Assembly: GCF_024521635.1 (NCBI RefSeq)
Contig: NW_026250406.1
Coordinates: 682,001 to 746,000 of the forward strand
Source of the DNA: Tricharina praecox
Taxonomy: Eukaryota
Length of the DNA stretch: 64,000 nucleotides
Direction: 5' to 3'
Part shown: positions 25,994 to 38,161 of the stretch, piece by piece
Position numbering within the stretch: position 1 is the stretch's first letter
Layout of the letters: each line of letters begins with the position of its first letter
Notes under the pieces: generated by a model
Told to the model about the DNA's origin: nothing
Seen by the model: only the letters and a program-made list of their open reading frames with translations
The model's database searches: none
Translations under genes and position numbers: made by a program

Positions 25994-26741
25994 TGTGGCG
26001 ATTGGGCATGTTGTTAATGCTCGAGGAAGGGGGAAAAAATCAACGTCGACTATGGGTCGATATGTGGAGATGTTGTTTGAGTCGGACTGTTATCGAAAAA
26101 CAATTTTTACGGAGATATCGGATATCGGAAGGCGAGAACCCGCAATGCTCGAAAAAGGGCGAAAAGATAATGGTGGAGTATGGGTCGATAAGTGGAGATG
26201 TTGTTAATGCTCAAAGAAGGGGGAGCGAATTAACGTCGAATATGGGTTGGGATGTGGAGATGTTGCATGTGCGGCCATTGAGTGTGCGTTTTGAAGGAGG
26301 TAATCACTTATGCGTATGATGGAGGAAAAGTTGGAGAAATTGCTGGATATGGTAGTTTGGGAGCAGCAATGTCTCTTGAACTTGCAGTTAGATGATCCTT
26401 TGCTACTATAGCAAAGGGCTCCGGTCAGGAACATGTTATCTGCCTAGATTTGGTGGGACGCGGAGGAAAGCGGGGACTCACCAGGTGACGGGTGAAAATG
26501 TACACAATTTAAATGTTACTAGATTTCGCTGTACTTACTGAAACAGAGTGATGAAGCGATCGCCAGGGCAAGGCCGGCGCTATGTAGGCTACTCTACTGA
26601 GCGTCAATTGCCAGCCGCCGTATGCGTCCATCTAGGCTAACTAGAGTGTAGACTAGCTACTGAAAAGACTAGTGAAGTATGCCGCCCATACATTAGTACT
26701 TCACATCATAGGCGGTAGTATCCATCAAGGACATGATCACA

Positions 26742-26827
26742 TCCGTTATGGTGTAGTGGCTAGCATCGGCCGCTCTCAATTAGAGTATTAATCCGGCCAG
26801 ACCGGGGTTCAATTCCCCGTAACGGAA
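26742..26827 (+). tRNA. tRNA-Glu (anticodon CTC) with 14-nt intron (26779-26792)
   Basis: Acceptor stem TCCGTTA/TAACGGA, A-box TGGTGTAGTGG, anticodon stem GGCCG/CGGCC with loop CT-CTC-A^intron^C, T-arm CGGGG-TTCAATT-CCCCG. Confidence 0.93.
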
Positions 26828-27887
26828 CTGCAAATTTTGCCCCCGTGCAGTGGGCGGTCACGTCATTCGTTTTGCGATAGGTATCCGAGAGGATATGGAC
26901 CGGCTGAATACGCCTGCAGATAGCGAATGGGGATTTTGGGGTGGATATGTATGAATAGCGATGCTAGGTGGAGAGGTCTGTGAACATGAACGGCGATGCT
27001 GGGATGGGTAGCCTATGCCTACGGAATATGAATGTCGATGTTAAGGTGAACAGGTCTGTGGATAGGCCTGCGGACATGAATGACCATTCTAGGTGAATAC
27101 GTCTGGATATGAATGGCGATACTAGCTAGAATGGGGCTTCACGATACTATACTGATACACCCTCACGCCAGTCTCATAGTATAAACTCCAAATCCTCCAA
27201 ATCCTCCATAAATCACCAACTCTAGCATCAGCCGCAGTTCCCTAGCACCAGCGCTTCCTCCCATCTCACACACGCACGCACGGTCTTCAGATGGTGGAGG
27301 AGGCTACATTCGCGGCCTAGGAAACTTGGAAGCTGGAAACTTGAGCGATGGCTGTGTATGATTGATTGATAGGTAACCTGTCCACCGCCTCCCTTCGAAA
27401 AAGAAAAATGCGATCGTTGCGGATGACTTATCACTTGTCTCCGTCACCAAGTTCCAACCTTCGCATGCCTACTTCCCACTTCCCAAACGCAAGGAGCAAG
27501 ATCAAATGGAAGAGAAGAAGAGGCTATGATTTCACCCAGGCTCGACCTGGTGAGCTGGTGATCTTGTTTGTGTTGGACACATCTTACAAGTGATAACTTG
27601 CTACACCACGAAACTGCTGGATACTGCTGGATACTGCTTTCTTCAACATGTATTCTGGAATCGCTACGGGACGGAAAGAACGCAGTTACCCAGGAGACAT
27701 ATGGATTCGCACACCGACCCAGGAGTAGCCAAGTAACCAGATAATAAACCTACATAAGTAGAATACAGAGAATACCCCCCAGTACCGAAAGAATACTCTG
27801 TAACATCGCATCCCATCCCATATATCCACCCCCAACATCCCGCCCTCGAACAACCCCCCCCCCCCCTCCACCCCTCCGCGCTCCAAT

Positions 27888-28987
27888 CTAATCTTTATAA
27901 AGCTTCATGACCGCGCCGCGCACAAAAGTTTTCCAGTGGCGCTTGACGCTTGACGTTTGCCTATCGGTACCATTCTTGCTGTTCAGATCCTTCGTCCAGT
28001 CGTTCCACTTCCCGATATCGATCATGGAGTCGAATATGTAACCGCACTCCTCGCGGGTCATTGCCGTCGAAGACTTTGTCGGGGGGGAGGTCGTGGCTGA
28101 CGAGGAGCGCGATGGCGAGGAGCGGGCGCCGGATGCTTCCGCCGCATCAGCGGATACTAGGGCCGCTTGTTGGGACTTGGTCGGCGCCTTCTGGGGGTGT
28201 CAACATCACTCATGAGTCACGATGGGTATGGGCTGAGTATATGGGTACCTTGCGCTTTTTGGTGACGGGTTCGCCGTCCTCGTCTACCGCTGGTTCGGCC
28301 TTTTTTCGTCCACGTTTGGCGGGCGTAGTGGGCGACCCGTCACCAGCCTTCTTGCCACGGCCACGTTTAGGGGTAACTGTGGGCTTCTCCTATGTTTCAT
28401 GTCAGCGTATTTAGCGTAACGTGGTTGGGGGCATGGGAAGAGGCATCTTAACTCCCTCGGCTTCACCATCTTCCCCACCCCTTGTCTTTGCCGCCGCTTT
28501 ACCGCGGCCACGCTTGGGCATTGATTTCTCCTATGTTTTATGTCAGTACTTCGTAACAGCGAGAGGGGCACGAGGAGATAGTACTTCATGTACCCCAACT
28601 TCATCATCCTCACAGTTTCCCCCACGCACTTTCGTTTTGGGCACTTTGCCGCGCACGGGCTTGGAAGGGGATTCCTGCTTGCTGTTAGTCACCCTCGGCG
28701 GAGAAATGCAGAAGGAGAGGCACATCAATCTCCGTCAACGGTGAAGACGGCGGTTCCCCCTCTTCCTCGTCTGATATCATGGTGGTGTTGGGGGAAACTG
28801 TTTCCTGCGATGACAGAGAGGACGAAGTTGGGCTGGAGGTGGGAATGTCCGAGGGAGTGGTATCCTCTGTGCCAGCAGTTGCGGGTGCTGCAGCGACGTC
28901 GGTCATGACGATGTCGGGTAGAATAGCGTTGGGTACGACTTTCAAAGGATAGGACTGGGACTGTTGAGACCTTGCTCTTGTTTGCAT
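27888..28987 (-). CDS. AT-hook-like (KRGR) repeat protein with C-terminal Myb/SANT-like domain, 5 exons, ~292 aa
   Basis: Exons 28987-28724, 28677-28585, 28530-28453, 28389-28249 and 28190-27888 are all multiples of 3 with GT-AG introns. Motifs PKRGRGK x2 and AKRGRKK; C-terminus MTREECGYIFDSMIDIGKWNDWTKDLNSKNGTDRQTSSVKRHWKTF. Upstream TATATAA at ~29084-29090. Confidence 0.75.
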
Positions 28988-30808
28988 AGAGGAGGCGAAA
29001 GGCGCAGGATGGGGAGTTGGGTAAGTGTCCGTTCAAAGAAGGAGGAGAGAAGTATGCGGAGAGAATAGTCGAGACAAGCAGGGTTATATAGGTAATCACT
29101 TCTACTTCCTCTCTCGCTTCTGCTGGAAGGGTGGGGAAAGAAGGAGGACTGGGACACTGCCTGAGATCCGCATCGTCCTGTGGAACGCAAACCTCGAGCT
29201 TGAGCTCTAGAGTTGCAACCTGCCTAGCTGGGTGTGACGGTAACATTCCTGTGCAGAATCCATCAGTCCAGATGCAAGTGTAAAACCAGTGAAGGAAGGT
29301 GAAGAGCAAACAGCCAGCTCATGTCTGTATGACCGCCTTCGAGAAGAATGTTCACTGGCTAGATCAAGGGGAAGATGTCGACCGCCCATGCAAGCCCTTC
29401 CCGTGAGGAGTCTGAATCGGTTTCAGATGCCTGCTGCATACAGTATATCAACCCTGAACGAGGTTGCTCCTCGCTTGAAATCGATTGACTGTGTGGATGG
29501 AAGGTAGATATCGATAGCTCCCATGAGGCATCAGACTCGGTCTCATGTATAGTGAGTGGCTGTTCATTCCAACGGCTAGGTAACTAGGAGATGTCAAACT
29601 GCAGTAATCCACCAAAGCCGCGGATTCTGCATCTCCACGATCCCTACATGAGCGAGTCAGTGTGCAAAGTATCAAAGATTCAATCACTCCAGTCTATTCC
29701 ACCGGTCCATCCATCCATCACTACAGTCTAAGATTCCGGAGCATCCAGCGAGAAGCAACTTCCACCCATGTTCCAAACAAATCGGTAACCCCAATTTAGA
29801 GACAGACGAGTGATCTGGTGAGAGGAAGGCGGGGGCCGATATTCTTCCAAGTTCCCACTCGGCACCGAACCCGATCTTTCGTATAGCTATAGTAGTAGCC
29901 TTTCTTCTCGAACTTGCCGCCTGGAATATTCCAAGCCGTAGCAGTCACTTCCTTCACTTTCGTCACTTCCTTCCCCGCCGGTTCCCCCCAAGCCGTGAGC
30001 TAGTATTCCACCCACCCATCCTGTAGCCGCAAACCTCCGGCCAATCCATCAGACTTCCGTCCATCCACCGGCCCCTAATTGACAGTTGCCATGAGGAAAG
30101 CTGCTATCCCCAATGAGACTCTCTCCCCCGGGCCCTCACACTTCTCCAGACACCTTCACATCACCAGCCATTGCACCGTTTCAACAGGCAAACTTCCAGT
30201 AGTTCCGAAACGGCGCTCGTCGTCATCGGCATCGGCATCGAAACCAATTGAGGATTCGAGGGATCAATCATCAAACTGCCCCGAGTGCGAGCCTGTCTCT
30301 TCTCCTGAGTCCTTCTTTAGCAGATCAACCAACCAACCAGGCCTGGGTATGGAACAAACTCGCACCTATGTATGTACCTGCATCTTCCAATACATTTCAC
30401 CAGCAATTATCGAACATGAATGTGCAAGCTCCTCCAACCGTCACTCAAGAGTCAAGACACTCGCTTCCCCGATCTCCCAATATCATCTGTTCACTGGATT
30501 CTCCCGTGTTCGTCAGAATCAACTCGGTTGGACGAAAGGTCCCGAATATTATCGGAAAAAGCACTGTCAGTGAGGACAATCATCAAACCTCGGATCAAGG
30601 AGAAAAACAATCCAAAACGTCACAACTAGGACCGCGCAATAACCACCCAGCAGGGCACCAGTCAAGTCCCCAAGAACGAACAACATCACTCAATAAATTC
30701 GTTTTTTATTCATACGCAATCACCCATCACGCATCATGATCTCGAGAAGAAAAAAACCAGAACCCATTCGCATCATACGTAATCCGTATCCCATGTGTAC
30801 CTTGCGCG

Positions 30809-32081
30809 CTAGAAACCAAACACACCCATGCCCCTCGTGACTCTCCTACCAGGACCACCTGGCGTTCCAATTCCCGTAAACTCCAGGTCATCATCGAACG
30901 CAGACTTTTTGCTTCCGGTCTTGACGATATGTTCGATTCCGGCACTCTTACGGCCGACGCCCCTCACGTCCTCGATGCACCTGGTGACGGCGCCGAGCAG
31001 GACGACCAAGTTTACGTCCGACTCCTCGGCGATCTTTTCTGACATGAACGCCTTCTCGTTTGCGGGCTTGAGTAGGGGGAGGCGGGAGTGGGTGAGCGAC
31101 TTGATCTCGCGGAGGATCTGGTGGTTCGGCACGCCGTTCGGTGGGTTCTGCAGGTACGATAGTAGCAGCTTGATCCGTGCGTTGAGCATGACGATCGCGT
31201 TCTTCTTCGCCATGAGCCCCGACAGGAGCTCGTCGTTGGCTGTGCCCACGTCCACTTTCTCCACCACGTCCACTTTCTCCACCGCGCCCGATCCCGATCC
31301 GGACCCCGACGCCCCCTCCTTCACCTTCATCTTCACCATCACCTCCTCCTTACCCTTGCCCTTGCCATTGCCGTTGCCCTTGCCCGCCGTCGCTTCCGCC
31401 GGCGGAACGGAGCTAGCATTCCCAGCACCCTTCGCGACAAAATCCATAGCGATCATCTCCGCCTCGGCGCTCTCGATGGTATACGGCAGCGGGACAAACT
31501 TGAGACCGAGCTTATTCTCGTCCTCTGCGGCCTCATAGATGCTCTCGTAAATCGCGACGGGGAGCTTCCCACCACCGCTGAGCGCCGCCGCTGGCGACGG
31601 GTTGAGCAAAAGCAGAATCAGCGACTCGTTGTACTTCAGCAGGTCCTGGTGCACCGGCACGTGCGCCGCCTGCGGATGGAACAGCAGCGACGAGCTCGAC
31701 GTGTACCAGCCTATCAGGTCTGATGTGGGGTGTGTCTCCTTGACTATCCCCGCCCTCTAATCAGCACTCCCCGCCCCAGACCCCCCCTCACAGGTACTCA
31801 CACAGCTGCAACTTCGTCTCAAACCACTGTTTATCGACGATGACATTCCCGTCGTCGTCAACAGACGCCATGAATTCGAAGGCGTATTCTATGGCGATCT
31901 CGCGGCCGCTCTGCGAGCCCATGAGCGCGCCCACGACAGGCCCCGACTGCTGCCGCAGCGTGTGGCGCGTTATGTAGTCCGAGATTGTGAGTAGTGCTAA
32001 CGGGTGCAGCGCGATTTGGAGGCCTGACGTGGAGGCGTGTGAGGATACAAGCGGAGAGGTGGCGGGGGTGGTGGTGGTCAT
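30809..32081 (-). CDS. CSN6: COP9 signalosome subunit 6 (MPN- domain)
   Basis: IALHPLALLTISDYITRH, VVGALMGSQSGREIAIEYAFE, LIGWY, YNESLILLLLNP, LPYTIESAEAEMIAMDFVAKG, NAIVMLNARI; one intron at ~31745-31801. Confidence 0.92.
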
Positions 32082-33343
32082 GGTGGTGGTGGTGGGGCGG
32101 TGGTGGGAATGTGAGCAAGGTGCGGTGGGGAGCTTGGAGGTGAGGGAGGTGGGGAGCTTGAGGTCCTGGCTAACTAACTAGAGTACGCTAGCTGGCATAG
32201 TGCGGCTCCGTGCACGTGACTTAGCGCTCTGGTTTCGAGCTCGGCTGAGCAAGTAAGGCTGGAACTGAACGAGCCCTGTCTCCTCCAACATACTATATAC
32301 CTGGTTACTAGTACCCGTGCCAGCCTTTACAGTAGATTCCCAACTCCCACTGTACTCTATATATCAGATCAAACCAGCAGAATACGGGGAGGGGATCGAC
32401 GAATCTGGGGCGGAACAGGAGTGCCCGGCAGGCAGGTACTGCGTGTGCGGAGGGTGCGGTTAACGAGTGTGTGGATAATGAGTGTGATTTTCCTTTGTAA
32501 AAATTGGTTGGTATATAGGCGGCGGCGCAGCATCGGGCCGTGGTGGTAGAACTCTCTCTCATCCCCGCCGAGCTAGCAGGAATGGTTGCGAAGTTGGTGG
32601 TTGCCACAGGTAGTCTAGTAAGGCTGCATGCGATAATAATTGATGTTCTCTCTCTCAAACCTGCAGAACCGCAAACATCATATCTCACTTCCCACTACCA
32701 TACTACCATCGATACTAGCAAAAACCCCCACTGGGCAGAAGGCCGCCAGCACATTCCCGCCCCGCCCATTCACCCGCCGCCAGCCAGCCACCGCAACACC
32801 ATCCCCGCAATACCATAGTTACCATCCCAGCATCACCGTGCAAATCCTATTCCAGTCCAGTCAGTCCATCCAGTCCAACCATCCAGTCGAGGCAGTTCAA
32901 GCAGTCCGCCAGTCCAAGCAGTCCGCCAGTCCAGCCAGCACAGCAGTTCGTCCAGCACACGCATCCATCACCGATCAGTCCAGTCCACGAAATTAACCGC
33001 TCACTCCACTATATACTAGCAGAGTTACGGAGTAGTTCCGCGACGATCATGTCATCACCGTCATCCCGCACCTGTATAGACGACGATCATCCCGCCGCAC
33101 GTCGGGAGGAAGCAACAGAAGAGATGGGTCTCCAAATAATTTCGCAAAGTAAATAACTACATCAATACCGGTACCTAGCTCGGGAACAGAACAGAAAGAA
33201 ACACAGACCAGACAGACAGACAGACAGGACCCCCCCCCCCCCCCCCCCCTCCCCCCCAAAGCTACCTAACATGCATGCGCGAGGAAAGCACCTAGCACTC
33301 CGTGTACGAAAAGAGCAGAAGCAGAAGCAGAAGCAGAAGCAAT

Positions 33344-33345
33344 GA

Positions 33346-33412
<67 letters not shown>
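33344..33412. repeat. (GAAA)~17 microsatellite, next to (GCAGAA)n, (GACA)n and poly-C tracts
   Basis: Read directly. Confidence 0.95.
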
Positions 33413-33559
33413 CAGGCAATAGAAGTGGATAGAAATAATAAAATAAAAGTGAGCCTAGCAAACAAGCCTTGTCTAGATAGAACGAACCCATACACGCGGT
33501 CGGGAGCTTGACACGTCAATTTCCTCCCTCCTCACACCCTCCCTCATCTGTCACCCCAC

Positions 33560-34588
33560 TTAGATGCCCATCGTATAGTCCATCTCTACACCGGGCATAA
33601 CACCGGCCATGAACTTGACGAAGACGACCAGGTACTGGTCGACCCTGAGTCCGCCATCATCTTCCTCCGCACCAACCTGCTCCCACTCTTCTGTCTCCTT
33701 AGGGGTAGTGGTGGCAGCGGTGGCAGCGGTGGTGGTGGGCTCGATGGCGGCGGCGGAGGTCTCGATAGTGGTGGTAGCGGCGGTGGTAGTGGCGGTCTCG
33801 TCCGCCGGCAGCGCGTCTTCAGTAGCCGCAGCATCCCTCCGCGCCTTCCTGCTCGCCATGCCGTCAAAGATGCGCTTCATCGTCTCAGCGTGTTTGCAAG
33901 GATGAACCGAAGCCATCTGCAATGGGGTCTCGAGGCAGGGGAAGGGCTCGATAGTGACGGTCTTCTGGCTATAATCCGACGAGATATCCTCAAACATGAC
34001 GGTGGGCGGATGCAGGGGGATATTGGTAGCGCCATCGAAGCCGGAGATGAACAGTCTTGGGACCTTGAAGTACGTCGAGTAGGTAAGATAGAGGTTATAG
34101 TACCTCATCGGCGTCTTCGCACCCTTCCCCTTCCTGGCCGTATCGCGGATGATCGCCTCGTCGTCATCCTCCTCATCGTCCATATCTGGGATCTCATCGT
34201 CGCTCTCGTCCTCGACATCGCCACTGTCGCCCACGCTCTGCACGCGCTCTATCGGCCTTGCCTTGTGCGCCTCGTCGCCTCCCGCAGCAGCAACGCCTCC
34301 ATCCCACCCCTCCTCATCGCCCGGGTTCCAGGTCGAGAAGTTATCGTCGAGGCGCGTGCGGCACGGCGCGTGCTTCAGCACTAGATACTGTTTCTCGTCC
34401 GGGAGGTAGCTGACGCGCTTCGAGGGGTGCGCAGCTGCCCACGCCCACGTTGGGAACTTGTACACTAGGTAGTCGCCCGCTTGCACGAACTCCTCGGGCG
34501 TGATCTCGCCCGTCGACGCGAACGTGGACGTGTGCGACGCCGGCGTCAGGTAGTCGCGCAGGCGGGAGAACGTCGAGTGCAGCATCAT
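33560..34588 (-). CDS. ATG3: Autophagy E2-like conjugating enzyme Atg3 (intronless)
   Basis: STFASTGEITPEEFVQAGDYLVYKFPTW, YLPDEKQYL, EIPDMDDEEDDDEAII, YNLYLTYSTYFKVPRLF, catalytic ASVHPCKHA, LRVDQYLVVFVKFM. Confidence 0.97.
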   Translation of the reverse strand: MMLHSTFSRLRDYLTPASHTSTFASTGEITPEEFVQAGDYLVYKFPTWAWAAAHPSKRVSYLPDEKQYLVLKHAPCRTRLDDNFSTWNPGDEEGWDGGVAAAGGDEAHKARPIERVQSVGDSGDVEDESDDEIPDMDDEEDDDEAIIRDTARKGKGAKTPMRYYNLYLTYSTYFKVPRLFISGFDGATNIPLHPPTVMFEDISSDYSQKTVTIEPFPCLETPLQMASVHPCKHAETMKRIFDGMASRKARRDAAATEDALPADETATTTAATTTIETSAAAIEPTTTAATAATTTPKETEEWEQVGAEEDDGGLRVDQYLVVFVKFMAGVMPGVEMDYTMGI

Positions 34589-35256
34589 GGGTTGAGGAGC
34601 TAGGTGTGGAGCTATAGAGCTTTGCTCGCGGCGGGGACGGGGAAGATACTGGTCGGAAGGGTTATCGGTTGTTCTACGGCTTGGGCGGGGGGGAGTTGTG
34701 GGCGATGATGAGGATAGTTGGAAGCTTCTTTGCTTTCTTTCTTTCTTTCTTCTTCGCGGGGTTCGTGTGGTTGGTTGGGTTGCGGGTTAGGGGGAAGGTG
34801 CGTGGAAGGGAGCTCTGTGCTGAGAGGCTGGGTTGGAGACGATGGCGGGGGTGGGGGGATGACACAGGTAACGAGAGCTTTGCATTCTAAGAGCTGATAA
34901 GCTGGATGAGTAAGCAATCCGCATGACCAAGGGCATGCACGCAACGAGGCTCGCAATCATATTTCGATATCGGCATGGAGCCTTGCTGGCTCGCAGGAAG
35001 GCTTCAGCCAGGCTGCTTCAATAGACGAAGCGGGAGCCCTCCCGCACGCCCTCCGTTCAAGGCTTCAGCCAGAGACAATCCAACAGACGAAGTCTCAAAA
35101 GACGAAGTCAGTAGCCCTCCACCCCTCACTCGCTCTCTCAACATTCCAACCATAAGTAATTCAACGATGATGATATCTACTATCCACCGGTCGCAGACTC
35201 GCAGACTCGCAGCATTCCCCCCCATCTACATCATCTACACAACCAACCCCCATCAC

Positions 35257-35304
<48 letters not shown>
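35257..35304. repeat. (CAT)16 microsatellite
   Basis: Read directly. Confidence 0.95.
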
Positions 35305-35305
<1 letters not shown>

Positions 35306-36052
35306 GGACCGGCAGCTTCGTTGTCACTCCACCCGGGAATCGCCCACGTATCCGCTTCATGTATCATATGTATCACATCACTACTATAAAAAGTACCTAC
35401 ATCATAGTATCTAGAGTAGAGTATGTATCTCAACGTCCGCCAAGTAACGATCGTCAGCCTTACAAAAAAAATCGTCGGCGTCGGCGCAAGGCGTTGGCCA
35501 AAAGGTAGGCACCTGGTAGGCAGGCTGGCTCAATGGCTCAGTGGCTCATACATCCACCCTACCTACATACCCTAGGTACCCTAGGTTCTCTACATATCCA
35601 GCAGCCTGAGGTGTTTGCACTGCCTACGCGAGAAACATAACCTGCATAGAAAATAAATGTCTTCGTTGCTGCGCGATTACTGGTCGCAATGGTCGGTCGG
35701 TCGGTCGGTCGGTTGGTCGGCGGGAAAAGTGTCGGGAAAAGTGTCGGGGTGGTTGACGAAACACTGGCGTGCTATGAATGCTATGAATGGACTTGTTTCT
35801 GAACTGAATAGAATAGGCACTCTACTCTACTCTACTCCACGGCACTAGTAGGGAGGAGAAAGATGAAGAAGAAAGACAAACACCCACCGCCCAGCGACCG
35901 CCACGATTGGGAGGGACGGGGGGGGGGGGATGTGGCTACGATGTGATGTCAACAGATGCGCTGTATCCACCTCGGGGGGGGGGGACTCCCCTCTAGACCC
36001 ACGCGCGCATATACATATATCGGGAATCCCGGGGAGGGAACGGAACGGAGCC

Positions 36053-36110
36053 AGGGCAGGGCACTGAGGGCAGGCAGGGCAGGCAGGGCAGGCAGGGCAG
36101 GCAGGGCAGG
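36053..36110. repeat. (GGGCAGGCA)n 9-bp tandem repeat
   Basis: About 5-6 copies read directly. Confidence 0.85.
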
Positions 36111-38161
36111 TGAGACGGTTTCTTGGTAACTGTTACTGTGGTGCAGGGAGTGGGAGGGATCCGGGAGGCAGGCAGGTAGGCAGGCGGGAACCCGGGCCCG
36201 ACCCCTTGACAAGTACTAGTGAGGACTATGATAGCTATCGCTCCATCAGATGTAACTTTGCTGTAACGCGGGACGGCGAGGACGGTAAGCCGCAGACAGT
36301 CAGAGAGAGGGAGGGGGAGGAGTGTGGGGATGCAGTGCAGTAGGTGCATACGGGAGAGAACGGGCGGGGGGCGGGGGGATGGGGGAGAGTCCGTGTGCTC
36401 GGTGCGCGGGTGCAGAGTGAGTAGAGTACTCTAGTTACTCTAGTGAGGTGCGGCGCTCTATTACACTGCTTAGAGCAGTCCGTCTCCGCATCAAGGCAGC
36501 TCGAGCAGCAAGTCCAAGCAGCGACGTTTTCTGTCGCTGTCAGCCTCTCCCTCCGTGCCTCCGTCTGCAGGTTTTGCTTGTTTTCGCTTTCAATCTATCG
36601 CGGGAATATATTTTTCGTGCGAGCCGATGTCAGGATGAGTAAACCAGAGTGGAGAGGTTGATGGAGGCAGGATAGGTGGGACAGGTAGGATAGGTATGGT
36701 AGGTGTGATGTGATACACAGTTGGAGTGGGGCGCATCGATTGATTGCCAGCGGGCGCAGGGAGCGGAGCGTGAGTAAGGTGAGCCTGTGAGGAAATCTGC
36801 GGTGGTTATTATTGGCGTGTGCCATTCCGAGATCGCAGATGGTTGGCGAACGACGATGTGGTACCTGGGTGGATGTGATTCGTTCGTGTGAGCTGTGAGG
36901 AGTGCAGCTGGACGTCGACGGTGAGTGGATGTTTCGCGCGCTTTTGCTTCCACTCTATAGCACTGCCTGTATAGAGTAGCTACGCTACAGACCCCTTCCA
37001 CAGGAGGTAGAGCACATACATAGATCTTCAGCTTGTTCCGATCGGCATCGTCGGCTCGAATGGAGACTGCGACCGTGCAAGCGAGCTGCGGTGCCGTGCT
37101 GCCTGCGTCCGTCCAGTGCCCGCTCCATCGCCGCCGCCCGCCCGCTCAGCACGAAAGCGGCATGCATCCCAGCACTTTGTCCTCCTGCCCCATCCATATC
37201 CACCCCCCACCCACCCCCACCATGCTGTTCCACCCATCGCTGCGATCAATTGTGCCGATCAACCGCGCTCCCGTCACGCACTGCTGTCTTGTCTGTCGGT
37301 CGTGCTGTCCCTGTTCTCGTCCCTGTTCCGTTCTGTGCTGTTCCTGTCGCTCCTTCTCCGGGTCCCTGTTGCCTGTCTGTCTGTCTGACTCCGGTCGTCG
37401 TCCTCACCGAAGAGAAAGAAGAAGAAAAATAACTCCAAGACTTCGAACCAGCGCGAACCAACCAGCAGAGACTTGAGCTCGTCGGCGGAGGACACTGCTG
37501 TGTACGGACCGACCAATCACTCCGTCACTGGTCAGAGCATCGTCCCGTCCAGTAACGATTCCACCCCAAACCACCAACCACTCGCTCACCCCTCCCCCTT
37601 CCAGTCCACTGTTCACCATCCACCACTCACGTCCACCCGCACCACCCCACTCATCCACACGACACCAACACCATCATCGCTCCAATTACACTCCAGCAAC
37701 GGCCCTCAATCGGCCAACCATCCTCCCCCCTCCCCCCGCTGTAGCTTTGCTCTACTCACACGCAACTCGGTAGCCCCAGAGGCCCCCCAATCCTCGACCC
37801 CACCCGCGATCAGCCTGCAGACCTTGCCCCATATCTTGTCCCATCCTCCGAAATCCCCGCCTGCGACTGCTGAACCCGTGCCTGACCAGCGACCAACACG
37901 CCTCAAGCGCACGCACTATTCACACCTTCAAGGACTCGCGGCGGAAACCTGAAATTCGCCACACCCGCGGGCCCGCCCCCCCCCTCCCCATTCTAAGCCT
38001 GACCAGCCCATCGCTGTACGGCACTCGTACACTCCTCCCCACCTACCCACCGCACTTACTCGACTTACGCACATTGCACACTCGCTCACTACCGTGCCCA
38101 GGAGCACCCGGTTCAAAGTCGCGTCTAACAAAAGAAAAAAAGCAGACGAGTCCCGTGACAA

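Noticed and set aside
30079..30739. Two overlapping ~164-aa + strand ORFs
   Set aside because: No recognisable domain or convincing splice structure
33162..35508. Poly-FFLS, KKER, poly-His and poly-Met ORFs
   Set aside because: Translations of (GAAA)n and (CAT)n microsatellites
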